From assembly GCA_043228905.1 (NCBI GenBank), contig JBHGNT010000004.1:3968001-4032000 (forward strand): DNA of 64,000 nt, read 5' to 3'. The DNA is from Azolla caroliniana. Its lineage: Eukaryota > Plantae > Polypodiophyta. The notes beneath the pieces are model-generated. The model saw only the letters and a list, made by a program, of their open reading frames with translations. It was not told the DNA's origin and ran no database searches. Below, piece after piece: positions 13,003-26,565 of this stretch (the first letter of the stretch is position 1; the number at the start of each line of letters is the position of its first letter). The position numbers were made by a program, and so were the translations under genes.

Positions 13003-14156
13003 GTCAGAACAATTAGCATAATCAAAGTCTATATATCCAATAATGGATACATTTATGCCACCTAAACATAGCCACTTGTTCTTGGTGCCACTCAGATATC
13101 TTAATATCATTTTAACTGCCTCCCAATGTTTCGTACCAGGGTTTGACAAAAAATCTGCTCACAGCTCCCACTGCAAATGCAACGTCTGGCCTAGTCGCTA
13201 TCATAGCGTACATAAAACTACCAACAACAGACTAGTAAGGAATTTTACTGATGAGCTCATTTTCATGATCAGAATTGGGGCATTCATCTTTGCTCAATTT
13301 AGCATGCATTAAACCTCTTGAGTATGTTGCATACATACTCAGATTGAGACAAATAAATACATCCATTACTCCTATCCCGAGTAATTACACATTCCAAGGA
13401 TGTGATTAGCATTTCCCAAATCGTTCATATCGAAGGTTTGACTCAGATTTTTCTTTAGTTTGGACAACTCATCCTTGTTTTTATCGACGATGAGCATGCC
13501 ATCTACATAGAGTATCAAAATCACATATGAGTCGTCTATACATTTCTTCGTATATAAGCATGAGTCTTCATTACTCCTAACATAACCTTGGGACCTCATA
13601 AAAGCATCGAATTTTTGATACCATTTTCGAGGTGATTGCTTAAGACCATATAAGCTTTTCTTAAGTTTACATACCAAAGGCATTTTCCCATCAACTTCAA
13701 AACCCTTTGGTTGCTCCATATAGATCTCTTCATCGAGATCTCCATGCAAAAAGCAATTTTTACATCCATTTGAAATAAATCAAGATCATTTTTGGCAACC
13801 AATGCAAGCATCATGCGTAACTAATGTAGTCATCTTGACTAACGGAGAGAAGTTTTCATCGAAATAGACTCCTTGTTCTTGTTTAAAACCTTTTGCCACA
13901 ATGCGAGCTTTATACTTGGGATGAACACTATCGGAAGTGTATTTGTACTTATACACCCATTTACATGGTAGTGGTTTCCTACCTTTTGGCAAAGGCTCAA
14001 GTTCCATTCTTATGGATACTGTCCAACTCATTTTACATCGCTTGTTTCCATTTAGCATGACCATGAACAAATATGACTTCATTGTAGCATGAAGGCTCAC
14101 CGACATATGATAACATTACATAATCAACAAATTTACTAGGTGGTTTGGAGACACGC

Positions 14157-17100
14157 TGTCGTGAAGAATTTCGGCCAGAGGCGGAAACCGGGAAACATTG
14201 GCTACATTGGCGGGGTGCAGCATGTGTGCTCACCCTTGTACATTTAGTGTGAATAACGAGGGCGCCTTTATGGCGCCGAAGAGTAGTCCGGTCGGGATAG
14301 ACGATCCCATGTAAGTCGGGATTTATCCCACATTGTAACGCATCCCTCTCCTTGTTCTATAAAAGGAAGGGAGCACCCTTTGTGAAAGGGTTGCCGTTTT
14401 GTGTTAGAGGGTATACCGTTAGGTTTAGAGTTAGTTTTTTTTTTTCTTCTTCTTCTTAGCGGGGAGGTCGACCGTTGAGGGTTGTCTCTGCTAGGTCTCC
14501 TATGCAAGACCCCGCTCCATGTGACGAGCCCGAGAGCTCCCTGGATGGCGGCTTGGCAGCAGACTGCTGCTGTAACCTACCCTACCATGGTTCGGCTTGA
14601 AGCCGGGATTGTATTCTCCTCCTTTGTAATATACATACTAGTATCCATCTGTGCATACTCATGTCTCTGTTTGTATGGGTGTTTTGGTGTTCCCTTCCCT
14701 GCGTTTCTGTGCATAAGGGCGTGAGTTGGTTCGACGCGGTGTGTGTGTGGGTGTGAGTCGGAGTCAAGCACGCGTTCTCTCTCTTTCTCTCTCCCGTTCG
14801 GTGGCTTCTGGAACCCGCCGGGAATCGTCTTCACGGCTTCCCCTCTTCCCTAGTCCGAGACCCCCGTGGTCCTGCCCCTTTTACATGTACGCGCATAACA
14901 ACGCTACATCTTTGGTGAACCCGATGTCAAAAGGCGGCAAGGGAGGATGGAGTCGGAAGGCGACGACCTCGCGGCGATGGTGGCCGAAGTGGTGTTGGAG
15001 TCGGCACGAGTGGTGATGAGGTGAGAAGCAGCGCAACAAGCGGTTGAGCGAGTGGTCGAAAGAGTCGGCCGTTTCAACGGGGACAAAGTCCCATCTTACT
15101 TGGAAGCCTACAACGCGGAAATGGAGGAGTGAGACGTGGACGAAACGTTGAGGCTGGAATTCTTCTGTCGGGCTGTCGCCGTCCGTATGCACGCGGAAGT
15201 AAAGGAGCTCCGACAAGCTCATAGTTCGTGGGAGGCCTTTGTAGAGGCGCTCCTGCAGGAATATGGAGGACGGTGGAAGAGCCAGGGACGACACGACTTC
15301 GACCAGTGGATCGCATCGGCAAAGACCCACCGGGGCGCGACGAAGGCGTTCCGAGAGTTCGAGCGACGGCTTGCTCGGCTCCCGGAGCGGGAACAAGGTT
15401 TGGTGGGGATGGACAAGGTCCTATTGTTCGTCAAGTCGATCGACCGAGCGGAACGGGAGGCCATCGAGATGGAGCTCGAAGACGATGACGGAGCGAATGG
15501 GCTTACAGAGGACTGGTCGAAGGTCGGAAGGGTGTGCCAACGGCTAGATGATGAGCGAGCCGAGAAGGCTAAGTGGAAGACGCACGAGGGCGTGCCATCA
15601 CAACGGGAAGATGCCAAACGGCAAAGGGAGCTGGCAAAGGTCGGCGTTGGGGCCAGGATTGCGGAGGCAGCTCTCGAGGCGATGCTCGAGGAAGAGGAAA
15701 GATCGAGGCCCCAAGCTGAGACCGAGGAGATGGTCTTGCCCCACGAGATGGCGGAAGATCGGTACCACGATACCACGGGAGAGGGTGTGGAACAAAACGC
15801 CCTCTCGACTTGCGGAGACTTGCCGACCGAGGACATGGTCGAGAGCGGAGAAGAGCCCTCCACGCGGATTCCAGAGACTCCAGCGGTCATGCCCGTGTGC
15901 TGACATGAGACCGAAGAGAACGAAGGCACCGACGAGGAGTCCTGGCATGATGCCAGCGAAGATGGATGGGAAACGACTTGCGAGGAGGCCGAGGACGGAA
16001 GCGGCATGAGAAGATTGGCATTCCGATTCGGATGGAGCGTAATCCGGTCGTGGATTGTTCGACTGAGGCCGGATTCGGCATGAAGGGGCCGATACGGAAG
16101 AGGGTGCGGGACGAGCCGCCCTCTTTTACATGGGGAGAAAGACCGACTGGGCGATGGTCGAGAATTCGAAGGAAGGTGATCAAAGGTTCGGAACGAGTCT
16201 GGCAAGGTCGGCATCGGAGCCGAAACTCCGGACATTGGAGAATCAAGCTCAGGCGGGGCTTGATTGATCACAGAGCGGATGCTATCCACCGACACCACTA
16301 AAAGGGGCGGTGGTCCAGACGAGTCACCAAAAGACGTTGCAAAAATCGGTTACCCCACGTCCTATCCGGAGACTTCGGCAGTTCGGCCGACGTGGCAACG
16401 TGAGACCGAAAGAGATGGAGGATGGAGGCGAGAACGCGAAGAGGAGAGAAACGACGAGTTCGGGAGAAGTACAAGGGATGAAGAGGAGAACGAAGTTCGG
16501 TCCTACAGGATCCCCACACCAGTCCGGAGGCCCGACAGTTCGGCCAACGTGGGAACGTGAGACCTAGGGAGAAGGCTGGTGGCGACAGGAGAACGGGACC
16601 CGGCAAACCGGAGAAGGACGAACAACCCGGACGAGAACCGGGCGGAGCGGACTCCCGGATGACCGTTCCGGGAGGGAGAAAGAGAGCAGGCCTACGAAGA
16701 GGCCGGGAACACGGTACGTTGGTACCACAGGAGAGGGTGTGGAGCGAGCTACCCTCTCGACTTACGAAAGAAGGAAGACCCGGGATAAGGGTTAGAGATA
16801 TGGCAAGCCCGAGGAGGATCCTTCACACCGGTTCTACAGAAACCGGCGGTCGGCCTAAAGTGACGAACGGTGGTGGCGAGGGGATGAAGGCAAAGGGCTA
16901 CGGATGGGCGGTCTACGGAGATCCTCACACCGATCCGGTGGTCGGCCTGAGTGCCGGCGTGAGTCCTATAGGAAAGGACGGTGGCGGCAGGTGAACGTGA
17001 CCAACAGTAGAGAATGGCGAAGGTAGAGCGGAGCACCTAGGACCTTACGCACACCGATTCTAGAGACTCCAGCAGCCAACGACAAGAGGAGGTGTGAGAC

Positions 17101-19192
17101 CTAGAGTAAGGGACGGTGGTGGCGGCAAGGCGGGCAACCAAAGCCAGAAGGGGAGGTCCCACGAAGACACTCACACCGATCCGGTGGTCGGCCCGAGTGT
17201 CGGCGTGAGTCCTATAGGGGAGATCGGTGGCGGCAGGAGAACGTGATTGAACGACAGGAGGCGACGAACGGCAAGGAGGTATGAGGCCGGCAAGGTGGCT
17301 ATGGACCATCTCAAACCTTCCGGCGAGGTGAGTGGACGTAAGGAAGTCCGGTCCTACGGGATCCCCACACTTAACCAGAGACTCTGGCAGTTCGGCCAAC
17401 GTGGCAACATGAGACCGAGAGAGAAGGTTGGTGGCGGCGGGAAACGGGACCCGACTACGCGGAGGACACGAGGAGAGTCCGGGAGGGACTCAAACAAAAG
17501 ACACCCGGATCTCGGCAAGCGACGAAACAAAGACCGGTCCTATGGGACCCTCACACTGATCCGGAGACCCCGACAGTTCGGCCAACGTGGCAACGTGAGA
17601 CCTAGGGAGAAGGACGGTGGCGGCAGGGAACGGGACCCAACGACACGGGGTAGCGGATCAGGAGTCGGTAAGACGGGGCGAACGAAGTGCGAAACCCTCA
17701 CAGGCCGGTTACGGTTTCGGAAGTAGCCCGTAGGGCGAACACGGGGAGGTGTGTCAGGCCGGAAAGGCACACCTGGGACGGAACAAGAGTCTCATAAGTG
17801 GCCATCGCGGGCTGGATCGAAGCGTGACTACGGGACGGTGTTCGGCACGGGCGGAGCCGAACAAAGGAAGCGGAAGACGGCACAAGGGAGGTGCCGGGAA
17901 CGAGGTGACGAGTGCATAATGGACTGCACAGGGTCGGAGTAAGGGGATGACAAGGGTGTCCGGAGGAGGATCCTCCACACTCGCTTCGTAGATCTGGGCA
18001 GCTCAGTCAGAGTAGCGAGGATTGACACGGCAAGCCCGGGATGACAAGCTGGTGGGGGCGAGGGCATGACGGCAAGCGGAAGACTCAGGACCTGTTGTAG
18101 CAGCGCAAAACGGGAAAGGCGAAGCGCGCCACTATGGGCATTCCTCAAGTGGAGGACATCGGGCATACGGCAGAGAGCGGGGCGTGCATACGGCCGAACA
18201 AGGGCCAATGGAAGTACGCGTACTACGGAGATCGCGTTGAAGGACCCATCGACGGGTCGAACGAGCCTACGGGGAGGTAAGCGCGAAGGAAGAACCGAAG
18301 CTGACGGTTCGAACCGGCAGCGAGCTGGGATGCGGATCACGGTTGACCGGTTTCTCACCGGCCGAAATCTCTCACCCTTCACCGCATTTGGCACGTACCG
18401 GTGGACGTGCGGTTTGGTGGGGGCGGATGTCGTGAAGAATTTCGGCCAGAGGCGGAAACCGGGAAACATTGGCTACATCGGCGGGGTGCAACATGTGTGC
18501 TCACCCTTGTACATTTAGTGTGAATAATGAGGGCACCTTTATGGTGCCGAAGAGTAGTCCGGTCGGGACAGACGATCCCATGTAAGTCGGGATTTATCCC
18601 ACATTGTAACACGTCCCTCTCCTTGTTCTATAAAAGGAAGGGAGCGCCCTTTGTTAAAGGGTTGCCCGTTTTGTGTTAGAGGGTATATCGTTAGGTTTAG
18701 AGTTAGTTTTTTTTTTCCTTCTTCTTCTTCTTCTTCTTCTTGGCGGGGAGGTCGACCGTTGAGGGCTGTCTCTGCTGGGTCTCCTGTGCAAGACCCCGCT
18801 CCGCGTGACGAGCCCGAGAGCTCCCCGGACGGCAGCTTGGCAACAGACTGCTCTTGTAACCTACCCTACCATGGTCCGGCTCGAAGTCGGGATTGTATTC
18901 TCCCCCTTTGTAATATACATACTAGTATCCTTCTGTGCATACTCGTGTCTCTGTTTGTATGGGTGTTTTGGTGTTCCCTTCCCTGCGTTTCTGTGCATAA
19001 GGGTGTGAGTTGGTTCGGCGCGGTGTGTGTGTGGGTGTGAGTCGGAGTCAAGCGCGCGTTCTCTCTCTTTCTCTCTCCCGTTCGGTGGTTTCTGGAACCC
19101 ACCGGGAATCGTCTTCACGGCTTCCCCTCTTCCCTAGTCCGAGACCCCCGTGGTTCCACCCCTTTTACACGTACGCGCGTAACAACGCGACA
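14157..19192 (+). mobile_element. Non-autonomous gag-only Ty3/gypsy-derived LTR element (TR-GAG-like)
   Basis: LTRs 14157-14908 and 18428-19192 (TG...CA); 4-bp TSD ACGC; PBS TGGTGAACCCGA (tRNA-Trp) at 14913; PPT GGTGGGGGCGGA; gag-like ORF ~14920-15903 homologous to the gag of the 19618-26565 element; no PR/RT/RH/IN motifs seen. Confidence 0.88.
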
Positions 19193-19617
19193 ACGCGTGG
19201 ATCTCCTCAGTGATTCTTGAACCTGAATACCATCAGGTTGTGCATGAGAAACATCATTCTGAGCATATTCTTGATGAAAATAATCATTTTGCACATCATT
19301 GTGCTGAGCATCATCATGTTGACTAATAGCAGTTTTTCGACACTAACCACATGTAGAAACATTTACATCAATAAGATTTTTCTGTTTTACATCGATAGAA
19401 GGCACAATATCCTTAAACATAACCTTTCTCACTTCTACCTCCTTTACGAATTGTTTATGCATTTTGTTCTCATAAAAAACAACATCGCTACTTCTAACCA
19501 CAGTAAGTGTGTCAAGGTCCCATAAGCGATATCCAAATTGCCCATCAATTCCATAACCAAGGAATATACATTTTCTGCATTTATAGTCCAATTTCTTTCT
19601 TAAAGTTTTTGGAACGT

Positions 19618-22600
19618 TGTCGCGTTACTACGCGCGTGCGTGGAGAAACGAGGCGGGACCACCGGGGTCTTGAACCGAAGAGCAAGGGATAGAAGGGGAA
19701 AGAGAAAGAGAGAGACGCCCGGTTACGTATGAGCAAAGAAACACAGGGGGCACGACCCGTCAACGCAGAAGACGTGAATGGACACAGAGACAGAGAGACA
19801 CAAATGTTTGTATATTAACGTATGACAAATAAACAATAGAGCACGCGAGCGGTTACAACCGAACAGGCCGGCGAACAGATGCCGATGCCTGTTCGTCTAC
19901 GCACGAAAGGGGATAGGATGGAGGTGCTGTCGGAAGCACACAGGCGTTCCTCAAAGCAGCGCGAGCCTCCCGAAAACCTGCAGAGAAGAGCAATAGAAAA
20001 CAGAGGAGAAGCGTTCGGTTACGGTCCGACAACACTTCGTCCTCCTCAATTCGCAATCCCTTTCTCCCCGCGTCTCCCTCTCTTTTATAGCTTCAAGAAG
20101 GGAGCCGTTTTCCTCATTAACTTCCTACCTACCGAATCTAACTACCTAGGATATACCTTTGTACCTAATTCTCTTTTATATACATTAAGGGGCGCGCACG
20201 TGTGAAGAGCCACGCGCGCTATGCACTGATTGCGCTAAGGGACGGTTTTCTTCACGACATCCGCCCCCACCTAACCGCGCATCCACCGGTATGCGCCAAA
20301 ATTGGAGAAAACCGGTCCGGGTTCCGGTTCCTCGTCCATCGGTTCGTCCTCCGTTTCGGACTGTTCGTCGTCGCTGTCCAGGCCTCTTAGATCCGGTTCG
20401 CCGTCGTGGGGCTTCTTGAACGCTTTGCTCCGCTTCCCTGCTACCGGTATCGCCATTCTCGTACCGTCGAGGTCCGCCAGGTGATTCGTCCCGTTGTCGT
20501 TGGCGCTCGTTACCATGTAAGGCCCGAACCACCGCTTTGCAAACTTCCGTGTTGCTCGGTGCTAGTTGTCGAGGTTGCTGTCGTAGACTAGCACCCAGTC
20601 GCCTTCCTCGATTTTCTTTGGTCGGAGCCGGTGCGTTCGGTCGAACCGGGCTTTGTTCTTCATCCTCGCCGTCCGAAGTCTCTCCGCCGCTCGTTCCACG
20701 TCCTCTGGCCTCCGCTCGAGCTGCCGTATACGCGCCACTAGCAGTTCTTCCCGACTCATCTCGTCTCTCCAGTCTACTGTCGCCCAAGAGGAGATCGTCC
20801 GTTCCATCGGCATGATCGGCTTCTGTCCGAACATGAGCTCTGACGGCATGAACCCGGTTACCGAATTGTGCGTTGTCCGGTCCGCCCAGAAGGCATAGGG
20901 TAACAGTCGTGGCCAGTTCTCGACCTGGCCTCCGCATGCCCGGACTAGCGCTTTGACGATCGGTCCGTGTCCGCGCTCCACCTTCCCGTTCGCCTCCGGA
21001 TTGTATGCTGTGGTGAGCGAGAGCTTGACCCCTAGCCGGTTGAACAACTCCTCGGCCTCTTTGGCGTCCAACTCCCCGCAGTCAGCCACGATCTTCCCGA
21101 TGCACCCATACCAGCATATCACGTCCTCGATCAAGAACCGACACACGGCTGCGGTCGTTTTTTTCTGCAGGGCTCAGCCTTCCACCTGGTTCGTCAGGTC
21201 CTCCCGGGCCAGCACCAGATATCGCATCTGCCCTACGCCCATCAGCATCGTCACCAAATCTACCATCCATTTGAAATGGATGGCCGGAGGGTAAGTCGGG
21301 TGAAGCTCGTCCCGATGTCGGACTATGGAGTGCATCTGACAACTCTCACAAGTTGTCACGAACCGATGCACGTCCCGATACAGCCTCGGCCACTAGTACT
21401 TCCCCTTTAGTTTCTCGAACGTGACCCACGTCCCACGGTGTCCAGCCCAGGGGCTGTCGTGGTAGGCCTTCAGCAACTCCTCATGTTCCTCCTCCATCGC
21501 CACCACTCGGAGCGGGATGCCGTTTCTCTTCTTCGGGTGCTTCCACAAGTATCCGTCCCGGAGAAAGAATCGGTATGCTTTCTTCCGGATCCGGTTGGCC
21601 TCGTTCTTTGTCCATGATGCGTCCGACGTCATCGTCCTTAAGAATCCCCCAATCTGCAGCCACTCCCCATTGTACTTGCTCTCGTCGAAATCGTTAAGCG
21701 CCGGAGTGCTCCCTCCCTCGGTTGTTACGTAAGCCACCTCGAAGAAGTTCACGCCGACTTCCTCATCCTCCGAAACCATGCCGGCCTCGTCGTCGAATCG
21801 CGCCCTCGAAAGCATGTTGGCCATGGCATTGTCTTTCCCGGAAATGTGTCGTATTTCCGGATCCAGGGACTTGATGTACGCTATCCACCTGAGCATTGCC
21901 AGATCCGGGGTTGCGCATCCGGAAACCATGCCGAGAATCGGCAGGCAGTCCGTCTCAATAATCACCTCTGTCCCGATCAGATAGTCTTTATCAGCCTTTA
22001 CTGCCGAAACGATACCTCAAAGTTCGCGTTTAACCTGGGCGTATCCTCGCTTTCGCTCGCTGAGGACCTTCGCGCCGAACCGGATTGGGAACCGAATGCC
22101 GTCCTCATCTTCTTGGTTGACGGCCCATCTGATCCCGGTCGGACTTGTATCTACCGTTATGTAGATGGGAATGCCTTTCTCGTAGACAGCCTTTCAGAGT
22201 GCCGGAGCTGCAGCAAGAGCCTCCTTCATCTTCCGGACCGACTCCGCATGCTCGTTTCGCCACTCGAATTTTCGCCCCTTTTTCAGCAACCCGTATAGCG
22301 GCTCGGCAACGTGGGCGTAATGCGGGATCCATATGTGGTAGAACGCGCACGCTCCCAAGAACCTCCGCACCTCCGTGACCGAGTTACAATCGAGCTTCAT
22401 TGCGGAGATGGCTTCCACCTTAGTCGGAGACGGTTTCCGGCCATACAGTCCGCATAGATGTCCGACGACCATGATCTCTGATTGCCTGAAGGCCGATTTC
22501 TCCCCAGAGAAGGTGAGCCTCGCGTCCTCTAGCCTCTGCAGCACCCTCTCACAGTCGTCAATGTGTGTCGCCACGAATTTCCGGCATCCATCCGGTCCGA

Positions 22601-25600
22601 TCGTTTCGTCCTTGTCTTCCACCGAACATCCCTTGATCGGGATATCGTCTAAGAATGGCATGGTGATGTCTGGGATACAATCCCTCAGCACATTGTTCAT
22701 CGCATTCACCATGTGGGCCACCGAGTTCGTCCCTCCTTGTGGCAGGGTACACATCCGCACTAGGCCAAGAGGAGTCCGCATCGTCGTAATGTCTCTGCTC
22801 TCTACGGCTAGTTGGAACTGATCGTACCTCGAGTACCTCCGCGAACTCATCTATCGTTGGTCCGATTCCTGCGTTTCGAATGGTCACTCTGTTGACCGGT
22901 TGCAGGTCTTGAATGAAGCTCAACGTCCCGTTCTTCTTCGGTACCATAAACCACCGGTTCGAGTACAGGGCACTCGACGGTTCGAGGATGCCCATATCGA
23001 CTTTCTGCCTCAACAGCTCCATCAGCTCCGGGATGTGAGCTCTCGATACCAGAATTGGTTTGAGATTCCACGGCACATGCGGTACCGTGAATATCACCAT
23101 CGGCTTCACGACTGTCGGGTCTACGCACCCGATCTCTCCCGGTGAGAATGCGAAGGCTTTCCCGTGCCTTCTGAGCATTCTCCGAAACCGGTCTTCTTCC
23201 GCCGGCAGTAGGAACCCGCCCCCACCGATTTTGAGCTCCCGTAGCGTTCTGTCGGTGAAGGTGTGTCCTATGCAGGCCGGATCTCGTAAACTGGGGTCCG
23301 ACGCGACCCCCGTGATTCGCAACTCGTTGCCCTCCGGTAAGGGTGCCGCGACTGGCCTTACCTTCCGGTCCACAGTCTTGTACTTCGTGTTAACCCGGGC
23401 CGTCCGATCTGACTCGAGCCCTCGACTGAAGTCCGCAATGACTTCGTACATCTCTTCTGAACAAACCGGTATTGTCCGGTCCTCTTTAAGGCCCTCTCCG
23501 ACCACCTCTCGCGGTATTCCCAAGGTATCGTCGAAGGAGACCACCTCCACGGCTCCGTTGATTTCCTCGCTGGGCCCGAGAACTCCGCACGCCCGAAGTC
23601 GCTCTTCTGCCCTTGTCTTTCCTTGGCCAACGACGCCGACTATCGTACTCGGAGAAACAAAACTTCCTACTTATGGTACAAGGTTTCTTCGGTTTCGCCT
23701 CTATCGTACATTTGTGGGGTTTTCCCGGAGTGTCCGGACTGTCGCGGCCCCACGCCTTGGCAGCCCTCTCTAAAAATCCTCTCGGTTCTCGCCACCGAGG
23801 GACTCGCGGTTTCGCACGTGGTTCGGTCGCACCGTCAGGAACTGGACTGAATGACGCCCGTCCTGACTCTTGACCCTCGCGTAAGCCGACCCGTTGTCCA
23901 GCACCTTGGTCTCCATCCGTGCTGCCGTAATGTACGGTTCTCCTAGTATGACCGGGTGCGAGGACGTCTCCTGCACAAAGAAGTGTTGATCTATCTCGAC
24001 GTCGCCGATCTTTACTCGCATGTTCGGGCAGGCCCCGTGTAGTTCCTCGGTGGCGCGCGTCGCCGCCCGTATCTTCCACCCGTGCTTGGTGTTGATCGGC
24101 CAATTCCCCTTCTTGTAGAAGTCCATAGACATCAGGTTTATTTCCGAACCGTGGTCCACCAGCGCCACCACCGGTTCCTGAACAGCTCCGATCTTCATCG
24201 GGGTTTCCGTGGTCGCTCGGGCCCAGTGTGGCCTCGAGTAGTGGCTCTCCGCCCACTCGTCTTCCAGCGCCATGTCCTCTATGTGCGTCGTCCGCACCTC
24301 CACTAGTCTTTCCGGTTCTGTCTCCGTCGACAACCTCTTCCTCTTCACCAAGTCTACGATGGAGTCGTGGAACTCCTTCTTGGCGATTCCGAGCACCTCC
24401 CGCAACGACAGTTCCACCTTGCTGTCGAGGATTCGTTCTTCCAGGACCTTTCGTAGGTCCGTGGTCCTTTCGATCTCCGTGCCCAAACGGTATCCGCCCT
24501 TCTTGTGGTTATCCCGGGCACTGGTCTCACCAGCCTCGTTCTGTTTCGGCCTGAATCGGGTTTCGTATCTCTGTGAGGGTCCGGCGCCTCCAGTTTTAAC
24601 TACCCGTTTGTCTTCAACCAGAGCCTCGTAGTTCTGGCAAGCTGCTTCGACGAACCCTGTCTTTTCTTCGACCGGGTCACTCCACCCGGTTACCTCCTGG
24701 ACCCGCTTCTCCGCGCGGTCCGCCTCGTCTTTCTTTAGTCGGGCATCGGCGAGGCCTTCCAGCACCGTTGGCCAGAACCTGGCTTAGCTCTCCTTCCGGG
24801 CCTCGCTGCCTCTGACCCGAATACCGGCTGACGCTGAGTAGTGGACGGTCTCCGCGTGCCGGGCCGCCGCCTCTTCCATCAGCCTTTTCATTCCTCCTCG
24901 CCCGTCGTTTCGGTTCAGGGCCCTCCGGGTATCGCTGGCGTGCACCCGACCTTCCCACAGGTACACTACCCGGCTTCTCAAAGCCTCCGCAAAGTCCCCG
25001 CAGTCTTTCCGAATGTGGCCAACCTCGTCGCAACACATGCACCTATTTCCTGCCGGAGGCCGTCGGTCACGAGCCTGATCGCCGCCCTCCCTCCGAGCCT
25101 GGGCCATCTGGAGATCCTTTACCGCCCGTGTCAACTCCTCCAAAGTTGTCCCCCCGGACGAGCCTCTGACCACGCCGGTCGACGCCGAACCGGTTTCGAG
25201 CCACTCCCGGGTCTCTTCCCGCCGCGCCTGTGGTATCGGTTCGAGCTTCCCCACCCCGGTCACCCCTGTATCAGCCCACTCCCACCGTTTGTCAAAACGG
25301 CTGTAGACTCTTTTTACCGCGGCCCAGTTGGCCGTCAGCCCATCTTCAGTTTCCAGTAAGGAGCCCACTTGCTCCCGATCCCGTGCGTCAACCGATTTGA
25401 CAAACACGACTTGTGTCCAGAACGGTCCGATCGAGCGCCGAAAGGTGCGCAAAGAGATCCTCAAACTCCCGGAGGAGTGCCGACGCATTTCTTCCTTTGT
25501 CGGGGGACTCCACCCACACCATGAAGCTCCGCTTCGAAAGTCGAAGCGCGTCATCCAGCCCGTACTTCTCCAGGAGCTGTCCTTCGAACTCCTCCCAGGT

Positions 25601-26565
25601 CCGGCTCTCCGCCCGAACCTCGAGCACCTCCACATGGATGCCCGACATCGCCACTCGAGGGAATCCGGCAAGACGCCTCTCTTCCGGAATATCCCTCATC
25701 AACATCTCCGCCCGGTAGGACGCCAAATAAATCGTGACATCCTTTCCACTGAACCGGCCGATCATACCAACGATCGCCTCAATAGCCCTGTCAAGGGCGC
25801 CAGTGCCGTCGCGCGCGCTCACTATCCGGTCCACGGCCGAAGCCATGGCCTCTGCAAAGATCCGACCCCCTCATCTTCTGCTCCTCTGCCGCCTGTTTCA
25901 CGTCGGGTTCACCAAAGATGTCGCGTTACTACGTGCGTGCGTGGAGAAACGAGGCGGGACCACCGGGGTCTTGAACCGAAGAGCAGGTGATAGAAGGGGA
26001 AAGAGAAAGAGAGAGATGCCCGGTTACGTATGAGCAAAGAAACACAGGGGGCACAACCCGTCAACGCAGAAGACGCGAATGGACACAGAGACAGAGAGAC
26101 ACGAATGTTTGTATATTAACGAATGACAAATAAACAACAGAGCACGCGAGCGGTTACAACTGAACAGGCCGGCGAACAGATGTCGATGCCTATTCGTCTG
26201 CGCACGAAAGGGGATAGGATGGAGGTGCTGTCGGAAGCACACAGGCGTTCCTCGAAGCAGCGCGAGCCTCCCGAAAACCTGCAGAGAAGAGCAATAGAAA
26301 ACAGAGGAGAAGCGTTCGGTTATGGTCTGACAACACTTCGTCCTCCTCAATGCGCGATCCCTTTCTCCCCGCGTCTCCCTCTCTTTTATAGCTTCAAGAA
26401 GGGAGCCGTTTTTCTCATTAACTTCCTAACTACCGAATCTAACTACCTAGGATATACCTTTGTACCTAATTCTCTTTTATATACATTAAGGGGCGCGCAC
26501 GTGTGAAGAGCCGGTTCACGCGCGCTATGCACCGATTGCGCTAAGGGACGGTTTTCTTCACGACA
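19618..26565 (-). mobile_element. Full-length, frameshifted Ty3/gypsy retrotransposon, tRNA-Trp primed
   Basis: LTRs 25919-26565 and 19618-20259; 4-bp TSD ACGT; PBS rc TCACGTCGGGTTCACCA (25898-25914); gag with zinc knuckle (CMCCDEVGHIRKDC), protease LVDHGSE, RT LPQG..FLDD, RH ETDC..DNAMA, integrase HHCC and YNPEANGKVE in gypsy order. Confidence 0.95.

Noticed and set aside
15219-26033. Many overlapping antisense ORFs in the GC-rich retroelements (likewise 43713-47792)
   Set aside because: Shadow ORFs expected from GC-rich coding sequence; no domain motifs.
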